Source: Ignisphaera sp.
GTDB taxonomy: Archaea > Thermoproteota > Thermoprotei_A > Sulfolobales > Ignisphaeraceae
NCBI GenBank assembly: GCA_038821645.1
Contig: JAWBDT010000023.1
Span: 1-18,646 of the forward strand
DNA length: 18,646 nt
Reading direction: 5' to 3'
Part shown: positions 1-8,016 of the stretch, in pieces
How positions within the stretch are numbered: position 1 is the first letter of the stretch
Layout of the letters: each line of letters starts with the position of its first letter
The notes under the pieces: model-generated
Seen by the model: the letters and a program-made list of their open reading frames with translations, nothing else
Told to the model about the DNA's origin: nothing
The model's database searches: none
Translations under genes and position numbers: made by a program

Positions 1-453
1 CTCTTCAAAATATATATTCATCCAGTTTCCACTAGATTTCCTGAAAAACGATATACCAGACTCTCTACAAATATTATCTCTACAAACCATCAATGTAACA
101 ACATCTGCTTCACACTTTATTGCCTTAGCTAGGAACTCCTCAACAATACCTATTGATAGGAAAGGCATATCTGATGGTAGAATAAGTACAGGGAAAGATA
201 CTTTATTCAGAATAAAGTCTAGATCGTAAACATAACCTGCTCCAGGACATATAACAACCTCAACATCATCACTATCCTCAACATTATGAACATCTTCTGC
301 TCTTAAACAAATATACACCTTCCTCCTCTCTTTGACACCTTTAGCCACTTTTACAGCAATATCTATTAACCTCTTACCACATACCTTTAGAAAAGGCTTC
401 TTTAAACCACCTAATCTCGAACCTCTACCACCAGCCATAATAACTACATCCAA
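1..453 (-). CDS. cobY: CobY-like GTP:adenosylcobinamide-phosphate guanylyltransferase (MobA/NTP_transf_3 family), 3' end outside window
   Basis: Not in the ORF track; translated by hand from TTG at 453: LDVVIMAGGRGSRLGGLKKPFLKVCGKRLIDIAV...CPGAGYVYDLDFILNKVSFPVLILPSDMPFL..., open to position 1. The MAGGxGSRL..KP, GxGYVxDL and SDxPF motifs fit archaeal CobY. GTGGTGG SD-like sequence lies upstream and there is an in-frame stop at 469-471. Confidence 0.8.
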   Translation of the reverse strand, partial: MDVVIMAGGRGSRLGGLKKPFLKVCGKRLIDIAVKVAKGVKERRKVYICLRAEDVHNVEDSDDVEVVICPGAGYVYDLDFILNKVSFPVLILPSDMPFLSIGIVEEFLAKAIKCEADVVTLMVCRDNICRESGISFFRKSSGNWMNIYFEE

Positions 454-524
454 CTCTATTCCACCACTTCAGAAACTTATCTAACACAAAGAAGAAGATA
501 TTACTGTAGACCAAATTACATAGC

Positions 525-538
525 CTATATATCTTTAA
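525..538 (-). promoter_or_regulatory. Putative BRE/TATA promoter for the cobY-like gene
   Basis: Minus strand reads TTAAAGATATATAG in the 454-560 intergenic gap, about 70 nt upstream of the TTG. Confidence 0.35.
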
Positions 539-560
539 TGTATTCGAGTTTCATACCTAT

Positions 561-1043
561 CTATCTTTTACTACTTTCACTAATCACAAGTTCTCTAACC
601 TTACTCACAAGCTCTTCTACACTCATCACTATGAGGCCATATCTTCTATAGATTTCATAATCAGCTGGATCTACTGTAACTAGTATATATCCTTTTTCTA
701 GAGCTATAGCTACATTTATCAAATCAGTATTATCGGGATTTATTGCATGATGAAGTAAATCGCTCTTCATTAATGCTACTTTACTGACTATTTTATCATC
801 TACATTCACTATATCGTATATCTGTTTCAAAATATCTACAACTTGTATTTGTGAGTTAATTCTCTTAATGTAGTAGAGATAGGCTAAAAAATCTATGAGC
901 GACAATATTGAGACATGTATTTTTGTTTTAGCTAATATAACTGGAACCAGATTCTTATACTCTCTACTGTGTAGTAGTGCTAAAGCTGATGCATCAACTA
1001 AGAGCTCGAATTTCTCAAGAATATCCTCTATACTGAGATTCAA
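561..1043 (-). CDS. vapC: PIN-domain protein (VapC-like; resembles the Pyrococcus PH0500/PF0355 type)
   Basis: 160 aa with PIN motifs LLVDASAL, SILSLIDFL, NTDLINVAIA and LVTVD. The TTG start overlaps the upstream stop (TTGA, 1040-1043). Confidence 0.85.
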   Translation of the reverse strand: MNLSIEDILEKFELLVDASALALLHSREYKNLVPVILAKTKIHVSILSLIDFLAYLYYIKRINSQIQVVDILKQIYDIVNVDDKIVSKVALMKSDLLHHAINPDNTDLINVAIALEKGYILVTVDPADYEIYRRYGLIVMSVEELVSKVRELVISESSKR

Positions 1044-1261
1044 CGATTGCTACCTTGCTTACGCTTTATCTGTCTAAAGAATGCTGTAGCTTCTTCAGGA
1101 TCTACGTCTATACTTATCCTCTCTATGTTTTCTCTAGCTACATTCATATGCCATCTCTTGATGAGCTCATTTATTAATTCATTGAATGATTGATACCCCA
1201 TTCTATCCTTAAGCTCTCTAAGCTTTCTCCAAGTCTCTTCATCTACAGCTATCGTCTTCAT
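1040..1261 (-). CDS. vapB: Small ribbon-helix-helix DNA-binding protein / VapB-like antitoxin
   Basis: 73 aa. MKTIAVDEETWRKLRELK...SFNELINELI is a beta-strand plus two helices (RHH pattern). Directly upstream of the PIN gene; ATGA overlap with the GH1 stop (1258-1261). Confidence 0.75.
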   Translation of the reverse strand: MKTIAVDEETWRKLRELKDRMGYQSFNELINELIKRWHMNVARENIERISIDVDPEEATAFFRQIKRKQGSNR

Positions 1262-2799
1262 CTTATATCACCCATATTGATTAGATACCTTAGATAGTCT
1301 CTAGGTATCGAATTACTTGTCACTATCTGTTTGTAAATATTGGCAGAATGTCTGGCTCTTCTCTCTTTAGTGATCAGATCTACTTCATATAAACCGAATT
1401 TCTGTTTAAAGCCGTGAGTCCATTCGTAGTTGTCTGTAAGTGCCCAATGAAGATAACCTTTAACATCTATTCCTCTCTCTATAGCCAATAGAATGACATA
1501 TAAATGGTTTACCAGATACGATGGTCTGAGAATATCTTTAGAGTCAGATACACCATTTTCAGTTACATATATTACGCTACTGTATCTACGCCCTACATCA
1601 AGAGCTTCTAAAAGTCCTTCTGGATACATCTCCCATCCCATTCCGTCACACTTCCTACCCGCTTTTGAAAGCCCATAAGGTATACATGCATATCCATATC
1701 CACTTACAGCCTCGAAATCTAGAATAGGGTAACCTTCAAATCTATCCGGTTGTCTCCTTACAATAATTCTTGTATAGTAGTTTATACCGAGCCAGTCAAG
1801 AGAATGTCCAAGCACCTTAGGATTTAATATCGTTTTACCGTCTAACGCTTCATCAAATTTTCCATGAACTATAGCTTCCAGTAGCAAATGGTTATGAAAA
1901 TACGAGTAATGTTCACTAGCTCTACTAGATTCTTCATCGTCTATGGGGTGTGAAGGAATTATGTTGTGAACAATACCTACTTCTGCAGGAGAACTAGAGT
2001 CTTCATCAGCCTTAACCGTATCAAATCTCTTGATAACCCTGTACGCTAGAGCATGAGCTACAGCGATATTTAGTAAAGCTTTAGGCACAATATCTGGTCT
2101 ATTAACACCAGGTGGAAAACCGCTATACGTCCCCATATACCCAAGTTCTACTGGAACCATAGGCTCATTAAATGTAACCCACATATCAACAATATCTCCG
2201 AATTTCCATGCAACATAAGCAGCAAATTTTGTAAACTCTATTGGAAAACTATCTTCTACAACTCCACGAGGACCCTTGTTTAAACAACTAGCTCTGGCTC
2301 TAATGGGGTTATGTATCCAGTAGGGGAGAGTGAAATGCGAGAGATTCAGTATTACTTTGAATCCCCTGCTCCTAAGGTCTAGTATAATGTTTCTATAAAT
2401 GTCTATTGCATTATGATCTGCCAACTCATCCAATTGCTTAAGCACTTCATTAGTTATCTTAACATCTCTAACTATACCATATCCATCAAGCTCTACATCA
2501 ACTTCTACAAACTTTGTAGAAAAAGGAAATATCCTGCTCCACTCAATACCTAACCTATATAGATTTAGCCCCATATGTTCAGCAATTTCATGATCTACTT
2601 TATAGAGCTCTAGATAATTTACACCATCTTCAGGAAGATCCCCACTTACAAGCTTCATAGATATGTTTACAGGATCTCTAACCCAATGCCACCAATCAGT
2701 ATTTACATCTAGATACCTTCTATACTCATCACCCATTTCGAATTGGAATCCAGATTCAGATACACCCCATCTGAATCTCTCTGGAAACTCTAAACCCAT
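1258..2799 (-). CDS. bgaS: Glycoside hydrolase family 1, archaeal beta-glycosidase (beta-galactosidase/glucosidase/mannosidase; LacS/CelB/BgaS-like)
   Basis: 513 aa with FRWGVSESGFQFEMG, RLGIEWSRIFP, catalytic TFNEP (acid/base) and VTENG (nucleophile), GINYY and WALTDNYEW..GF...FGL. SD-like AGGGGAGAGG immediately upstream. Confidence 0.95.
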   Translation of the reverse strand: MGLEFPERFRWGVSESGFQFEMGDEYRRYLDVNTDWWHWVRDPVNISMKLVSGDLPEDGVNYLELYKVDHEIAEHMGLNLYRLGIEWSRIFPFSTKFVEVDVELDGYGIVRDVKITNEVLKQLDELADHNAIDIYRNIILDLRSRGFKVILNLSHFTLPYWIHNPIRARASCLNKGPRGVVEDSFPIEFTKFAAYVAWKFGDIVDMWVTFNEPMVPVELGYMGTYSGFPPGVNRPDIVPKALLNIAVAHALAYRVIKRFDTVKADEDSSSPAEVGIVHNIIPSHPIDDEESSRASEHYSYFHNHLLLEAIVHGKFDEALDGKTILNPKVLGHSLDWLGINYYTRIIVRRQPDRFEGYPILDFEAVSGYGYACIPYGLSKAGRKCDGMGWEMYPEGLLEALDVGRRYSSVIYVTENGVSDSKDILRPSYLVNHLYVILLAIERGIDVKGYLHWALTDNYEWTHGFKQKFGLYEVDLITKERRARHSANIYKQIVTSNSIPRDYLRYLINMGDIR

Positions 2800-2864
2800 A
2801 CCTCTCCCCTAAAATTAGAGCTTCTATATCCTCTAGATATGTTCTTGTTGCTACGTTATGAAGA

Positions 2865-2901
2865 CTTATAACTCTATAACTTATACATGTAGCTTATAAC
2901 T
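2865..2901. promoter_or_regulatory. Clustered TATAAC direct repeats, candidate operator in the divergent promoter
   Basis: CTTATAACT at 2865-2873 and 2893-2901, CTATAACTT at 2874-2882, and a partial CTTATA at 2880-2885. Confidence 0.4.
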
Positions 2902-2905
2902 TTTA

Positions 2906-2919
2906 TTAAAATTTATAAA
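2906..2919 (+). promoter_or_regulatory. Putative BRE/TATA box for the ABC transporter operon
   Basis: TTAAAA followed by TTTATAAA (2912-2919), about 30-40 nt upstream of the GTG (2951) and ATG (2960) candidates. Confidence 0.55.
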
Positions 2920-2950
2920 CCCATTCAAATGCTATATAATTGCAGAGCCG

Positions 2951-5023
2951 GTGTTGTATATGGATGTTAAAATTGAGAGTAGAATTACCGCATTAATGTT
3001 AATGCTAGCTGTAGTTATAGCAATACTATCACCATGTATATCCATTCTAAATGCGCAAGTACTACCAAGAGAGCAGATGCTCGTTATAGGTGGAGCTTAT
3101 TGGGAACCTCCTAAAAAGTTCAATCCATTCAATTATGGAGGTTCTGTATCAGGTATAGTTGGATTGATATATGAGCCTCTCTATCTATGGATACCCATTA
3201 AGCCTGAAGCTGAGAGATGGTTCCCATGGCTAGCCTCAGAACTACCTAGATGGCTTTCAGCTACAGAAGTTGAGATAAAGATTAGGGCAGAAGCAAAATG
3301 GTGGGACGGTAGAGATGTTACAGCAGAAGATGTTAGATTCACATTCTATGATGTTCCAAGAAAAGTTACAACAGCTGCATGGGCTGGTGTGAGAAACTAT
3401 ATAGATGATGTTGTAGTAGTGGATTCTAAAACAGTTAGATTCAAGCTCAATCCAGATACAGCTAACTATGCAGACTTCCTCTTCCAGCTATACTCTGCAC
3501 CCATACTACCCAAACACTTCTATGAAAGCTATGTGAATCAATATGGAGATGAACTTACAGATCTTGCTAAATGGCCTGCAGTTGCTCCAGATAAAGATCC
3601 TAGAAAACTTGTTGGAAGCGGAATGTATAAAGTCTACTCTACAGCTGATGATCATTTCATTCTAGAGAGAGTTGATGACTGGTGGGGTAAAGCAGTATTT
3701 GGGCTACCTCAACCTAAGTACATAAAGGGTGTTGTTGTCTATAGCAATCAAGTAGCAGCCAATATGCTTGGAGCTGGAGAACTAGACTGGAGCTGTTTCT
3801 ATATACCTGGAGGACCTGACATGGTTAAGAGAGGTTTAGCAGTAGCATACTATAGCAAAGAACCTTACTACCTATCTGCTAACGTAGCATTCCTCTTCGT
3901 CAATACACAGAAGAAGCCATTCGATGATGCAAGATTCAGAAGAGCTATGTACTATGCAATAAATGTTGATAAAATAATATCTGCTGCATTTGAAGGTGTT
4001 GTTCTACCATCTAATCCTGTTGGACTTCTACCATATTGGGAGAAATATCTTGCAAAAGATCTTCTAGCAAGATACGACTATAGATACAACCCAGAGAAAG
4101 CTAAACAGATCTTAGATGAAGCTGGATACAAGGATATAGATGGAGATGGATGGAGAGATATGCCTGATGGTACACCAATAAGGATAAGAATCATAGTCCC
4201 ATATGGATGGACAGACTGGATGTTCGCCATAATCAATATAGCAGAAGATCTAAGAGCTGTAGGTATATATGCTGAAGCTATATTCCCAGATTTCGGTAAA
4301 TACATAGAGGAAATAGATAAAGCTACATTTGATGCAGCTATAAACAACTTTGGATCATTCGCAACACCACTACCATACAGTCTATACTACTGGGCATACA
4401 ATGCAACACCAGGTATCTGGACTGGTAGCCACGGAAGATACTACAATCCGAAGCTAAACGACTTGATATATCAGTTAGGAAGAACACCACCAGATCAAGA
4501 AGCCCAAATCGCTAACATACTTAGACAAATCCAAGAGATACTGCTCGAAGAAATGCCCGCGCTACCACTATGGTACAATGGATACTGGTTCCTAGCATCA
4601 ACAAAATACTGGACAGGATGGCCAAGTGAAGAAGATCCATATGGTGTTCCAACTATTTGGAATGGTCAATGGCAACACGGTGGTATGCTAACACTACTTA
4701 GACTAAGGTCAACAGTACTACCAACACCTACACCAACACCTACACCAACACCTACACCAACACCTACACCAACACCTACACCAACACCTACACCAACACC
4801 TACACCAACACCTACACCAACACCTACACCAACTGCTGAAACTGTAACTGTTACTGTTAAAGAAACTGTAACTGCAGTTGCTGCAACTGTTACTGTTAAA
4901 GAAACTGTTAAAGAAACTGTAGCTGAAGTTCCATGGGGTACTGTAGTAGGTATTGCAGCTGTAGTTGCTATTATATGTATTGCTGGAACATATTTTGGTG
5001 TAACTAGATTAGGTAAACGTTAG
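2951..5023 (+). CDS. ABC transporter substrate-binding protein, family 5, probably oligosaccharide-binding (Thermotoga cellobiose-binding-protein-like), with Pro/Thr stalk and C-terminal membrane anchor
   Basis: N-terminal signal peptide (…ILNA|Q), LPRE..L..GG..W.PP..FNP, YEPLY, KWWDGRDVTAEDVRFTF, PFDDARFRRAM, YNPEKAKQILDEAG, GWTDW; aromatic-rich. Ends with (PT)19, a Thr/Val-rich segment, a TM helix and TRLGKR. The true start may be ATG 2960. Confidence 0.93.
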   Translation: MLYMDVKIESRITALMLMLAVVIAILSPCISILNAQVLPREQMLVIGGAYWEPPKKFNPFNYGGSVSGIVGLIYEPLYLWIPIKPEAERWFPWLASELPRWLSATEVEIKIRAEAKWWDGRDVTAEDVRFTFYDVPRKVTTAAWAGVRNYIDDVVVVDSKTVRFKLNPDTANYADFLFQLYSAPILPKHFYESYVNQYGDELTDLAKWPAVAPDKDPRKLVGSGMYKVYSTADDHFILERVDDWWGKAVFGLPQPKYIKGVVVYSNQVAANMLGAGELDWSCFYIPGGPDMVKRGLAVAYYSKEPYYLSANVAFLFVNTQKKPFDDARFRRAMYYAINVDKIISAAFEGVVLPSNPVGLLPYWEKYLAKDLLARYDYRYNPEKAKQILDEAGYKDIDGDGWRDMPDGTPIRIRIIVPYGWTDWMFAIINIAEDLRAVGIYAEAIFPDFGKYIEEIDKATFDAAINNFGSFATPLPYSLYYWAYNATPGIWTGSHGRYYNPKLNDLIYQLGRTPPDQEAQIANILRQIQEILLEEMPALPLWYNGYWFLASTKYWTGWPSEEDPYGVPTIWNGQWQHGGMLTLLRLRSTVLPTPTPTPTPTPTPTPTPTPTPTPTPTPTPTPTPTPTPTAETVTVTVKETVTAVAATVTVKETVKETVAEVPWGTVVGIAAVVAIICIAGTYFGVTRLGKR
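4721..4833 (+). repeat. Perfect 12-bp tandem repeat (CCAACACCTACA) x9 plus partial, encoding the Pro-Thr linker
   Basis: Nine identical units at 4721-4828, then CCAAC. Confidence 0.97.
4846..4908 (+). repeat. 24-bp direct repeat AACTGTTACTGTTAAAGAAACTGT (TVTVKETV motif)
   Basis: Identical copies at 4846-4869 and 4885-4908, followed by a further partial TAAAGAAACTGT. Confidence 0.85.
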
Positions 5024-5028
5024 CACAA

Positions 5029-5055
5029 TATTATTTTTTAAATCATTTTGTTTTG
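5029..5055 (+). terminator. T-rich putative archaeal terminator/attenuator after the binding-protein gene
   Basis: TATTATTTTTTAAATCATTTTGTTTTG just after the stop at 5023, in a 94-bp gap before the permease. Confidence 0.4.
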
Positions 5056-5117
5056 GTGAATCACATGTTCATTAACTATTATAATCTCTTTAAGTATAGT
5101 TACTAAGTGATGTATGT

Positions 5118-6131
5118 ATGTCTCTCAAAAGATATCTGATAAAGAGAGGAATTACATATATCGTTGTTTTTGTTGTAGCTATAACTATTGTGTGGGCTCT
5201 CGTTAGATTTGCTCCAGGAGATCCTGGACTCACAGCAGTAATGAGGTCTTTTATGGCCCCAGGTGTTAGATATACAGAAGAACAGATAGAGGAATTTAAA
5301 CAGAGAGCTAGAGCTATGCTGGGTCTAGATCTACCGCTACATGAACAGTATATACTTTTTTGGATTAAGTTGTTTCAGGGAGATCTCGGATGGAGTATGT
5401 ATTATAGTGCACCAGTTGCACCTAAGCTTGTAGAAGTTCTGACATATGATCTGATCCTTATAACTCCTGCAGTAATAGTGAGCTGGTTTTTAGGTAACTG
5501 GATAGGGGCTTTAGCAGCAAGATATAGAAAGCTTGATAAAGTGTTTATACCAATAATATATGTATTAACCTCTATACCCTACTTCCTACTAGGATTAGCA
5601 TTTGCCTATATACTTGGTGTTGTATATCCTGTCTTCAAGCCAACGATAATGAGGACAGATATAGATCCATTCCTTAGTTCACCAAGTATTGAAACATTCT
5701 CGATGTTCATGAAGGCATATACATTGCCATTTCTATCAATGGTCTTGGTATCTCTTGGTGGATGGGCTTCAGGTATGAGGACTCTCATGATCTATGAGCT
5801 TGAATCTAATTATGCACGATTTATGGAGTCTCTAGGTTTTTCAGAGGGAAAAGTAGCTAGTTATGCATTTAGATATGCCATAAATCCACAGATAACTGGG
5901 CTGGGGGTACAGATAGGGACTATTATTGTTGCAGGAATAGTAGTGTCATCAGTATTCAATTACCCAGGTGCTGGTATAGCCCTCATCTATGCTATAAACT
6001 TTAGAGATATATTCTTGATACAGGGTATAACGATATTCTATACCCTTATGGTTATAGTAGCTAACTTCATAATAGATATTCTGTATGCTGTGATAGATCC
6101 AAGGATAAGGCTTGGTGTTGTAGGTGCATAG
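5118..6131 (+). CDS. dppB: ABC transporter permease, DppB/OppB family
   Basis: RFAPGDP, LGLDLPLHEQY, LFQGDLGWS, EAA-like loop YARFMESLGFSE, VFNYPG, IDILYAVIDPRIR; multiple TM helices. Confidence 0.93.
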   Translation: MSLKRYLIKRGITYIVVFVVAITIVWALVRFAPGDPGLTAVMRSFMAPGVRYTEEQIEEFKQRARAMLGLDLPLHEQYILFWIKLFQGDLGWSMYYSAPVAPKLVEVLTYDLILITPAVIVSWFLGNWIGALAARYRKLDKVFIPIIYVLTSIPYFLLGLAFAYILGVVYPVFKPTIMRTDIDPFLSSPSIETFSMFMKAYTLPFLSMVLVSLGGWASGMRTLMIYELESNYARFMESLGFSEGKVASYAFRYAINPQITGLGVQIGTIIVAGIVVSSVFNYPGAGIALIYAINFRDIFLIQGITIFYTLMVIVANFIIDILYAVIDPRIRLGVVGA

Positions 6132-6133
6132 AT

Positions 6134-7027
6134 ATGAGTGAGAGAAAAATTATATTGAGATTGCTTAAAAAGAATACAAGATTTTGGATATGTCTATCAC
6201 TAGTATTAACCGTAGTAATGTTGGCTTTAATAGGGCCTCTTATAACTCCATATAAACCCAATCAACCTGTAGTAAGAGACGGTAGATACATACGGTCTCT
6301 ACCACCGACTATAGAGCACCTGCATCTATTTGGTGTAGATAATCTTGGATACGATGTGTTTGCAGCAACTGTCTATGGTTTGAGGGTTTCGCTTAGTGTT
6401 GGCGCTATAGCTGCTATAGTGGCAACAGTTGTTGGTGTGATACTGGGTTTGATAGCTGGATATGTTGGTGGATGGGCAGATCTAGTGATAGATGGTGCTA
6501 CAAATGTGCTTCTAGCGATGCCGCCGGTATTCATAATGATTATGGTTGGAACCTTCTATATAGCTGGTCTAGGGATGCCTGGAAAAGAGCTTCAGAACAT
6601 AGCATTCCTGGGATGCTTGATAGGGCTTCTCTCGTGGCATTGGACGGCAAGAGCTGTTAGATCACAAGTTGCTGCACTAAAGGTTAGCGACTTTATAGCT
6701 ATCTCTAGACTTAGTGGGAATCACCCTATAAAGATTATAGTGAAAGATGTATTACCCAATATAGCTTCCTACATACTTCTGGTATTCGTTATCCAGTTAG
6801 CCAATGCACTATCTACTGTTGTAACTCTTGAGTTTCTAGGGATTAAGGCAGCAGAATGGTCTCTATTCGCAAGAGTACAGCAATGGCTTCAGATGGGTGC
6901 ACTAATAACTGGTGTTTGGTGGGCTTTATTTCTACCTGGAGTAGTTATAGTTATGTTGATAGCTTCTCTATACATTATTGTTCTAGCTCTTGAAGAAGTA
7001 TTCAATCCGAGGTTAAGAAAGGTATAG
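6134..7027 (+). CDS. dppC: ABC transporter permease, DppC/OppC family
   Basis: HLFGVDNLGYDVFA, GLRVSLSVG, ARAVRSQV, KDVLPN, LEFLG, WWALFLPG, FNPRLR. Confidence 0.93.
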   Translation: MSERKIILRLLKKNTRFWICLSLVLTVVMLALIGPLITPYKPNQPVVRDGRYIRSLPPTIEHLHLFGVDNLGYDVFAATVYGLRVSLSVGAIAAIVATVVGVILGLIAGYVGGWADLVIDGATNVLLAMPPVFIMIMVGTFYIAGLGMPGKELQNIAFLGCLIGLLSWHWTARAVRSQVAALKVSDFIAISRLSGNHPIKIIVKDVLPNIASYILLVFVIQLANALSTVVTLEFLGIKAAEWSLFARVQQWLQMGALITGVWWALFLPGVVIVMLIASLYIIVLALEEVFNPRLRKV

Positions 7028-7035
7028 GAAAGGGT

Positions 7036-8010
7036 ATGTATATGAGTTCGGTACTAAAGCTAGAGAAATACAAAGTATATTACAGAACTTTTGTAGGTAC
7101 TGTTAAAGCTGTTGATGGTGTAGATCTCGATGTTAGAAGAGGCGAGATACTTGGAATAATAGGTGAAAGTGGATGTGGAAAATCAACACTTGTACAGTCT
7201 CTAGTTCTACCTAAATCCCCTATGTTTATAGCGGGGGGTTCAGCTAAACTACTAGACTCTATAGAGCTCACTAAACTCAGTAGTAAAGAAAGAAGAAAAA
7301 TACTGCTTACAAAAATAGCACTCATACCTCAATACGTATTAGACGCTATTCCTGTGATCAAAAAGATTAATGTGTTTCTAAGAGATTTAGCAAAAGATAA
7401 GAAGATGAAATACGAAGATGTATTCAATACGTTTATCGATAGACTTAAGCTAGTTAATCTACCTCAGAAAGTCCTCGATATGTATCCACTTGAGCTCTCT
7501 GGAGGAATGAGACAGAGAGTAGTTATAGCATTATCAACACTCTTTAAACCAGATCTACTCATAGCCGATGAACCTACTTCTGCTCTAGATGTTGTAACTC
7601 AGAGATATGTGTTAGAACTACTTAGAGACCTAGTTACCCAAAAGCTTGTAGGATCAATAGTATTCATAACACATGATATCTCATCTATAAGGCAGATAGG
7701 TGACAGAATTGCAACAATGTATGCAGGAAAAATAGTTGAGGTAGGGAAGCTAGAAGAAGTAATAAGTTCGCCTCTTCACCCATATACAGCTATGTTGATA
7801 AAATCAGTTCCAAAACTAGAAAACTCGTATAGAGTCTCTAGATTAGTGGGATTAGCTGGTGCACCACCAAGTCTAGTGAATCCACCACCAGGCTGTAGAT
7901 TTCATTCAAGATGTCCATTCGCTATGGATATATGTAGAAGAGAAGAACCACCTCTAACAAATATAGATAGAGATAGATATGTATCTTGCTGGCTTTATTC
8001 AAAGAGGTGA
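7036..8010 (+). CDS. dppD: ABC transporter ATP-binding protein, DppD/OppD family
   Basis: Walker A GESGCGKS, signature LSGGMRQR, Walker B LLIADEPT, ITHD, and C-terminal HPYT...GCRFHSRC...C...CW. The start may be ATG 7042. Confidence 0.95.
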   Translation: MYMSSVLKLEKYKVYYRTFVGTVKAVDGVDLDVRRGEILGIIGESGCGKSTLVQSLVLPKSPMFIAGGSAKLLDSIELTKLSSKERRKILLTKIALIPQYVLDAIPVIKKINVFLRDLAKDKKMKYEDVFNTFIDRLKLVNLPQKVLDMYPLELSGGMRQRVVIALSTLFKPDLLIADEPTSALDVVTQRYVLELLRDLVTQKLVGSIVFITHDISSIRQIGDRIATMYAGKIVEVGKLEEVISSPLHPYTAMLIKSVPKLENSYRVSRLVGLAGAPPSLVNPPPGCRFHSRCPFAMDICRREEPPLTNIDRDRYVSCWLYSKR

Positions 8011-8016
8011 TAAGAT

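Noticed and set aside
201-217. Inverted repeat CTTTATTC-A-GAATAAAG
   Set aside because: Inside the cobY-like coding sequence, AT-rich with a 1-nt spacer; plausible by chance.
561-1261. vapBC pair as marker of a mobile element
   Set aside because: No transposase, integrase, terminal repeats or tRNA nearby; the pair is translationally coupled to the GH1 gene.
2800-2950. Thermococcales glycolytic motif (TATCAC-N5-GTGATA, TrmBL1/Tgr site)
   Set aside because: Not found by eye here or in the 10343-10425 and 12004-12090 intergenic regions.
4721-4833. Tandem repeat as a possible CRISPR array
   Set aside because: No spacers; 12-bp contiguous units in frame within a CDS; no cas genes.
4875-4889. 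Near-palindrome CAGTTGC-T-GCAACTG
   Set aside because: Within a low-complexity Ala/Val/Thr coding segment; no evidence of function.
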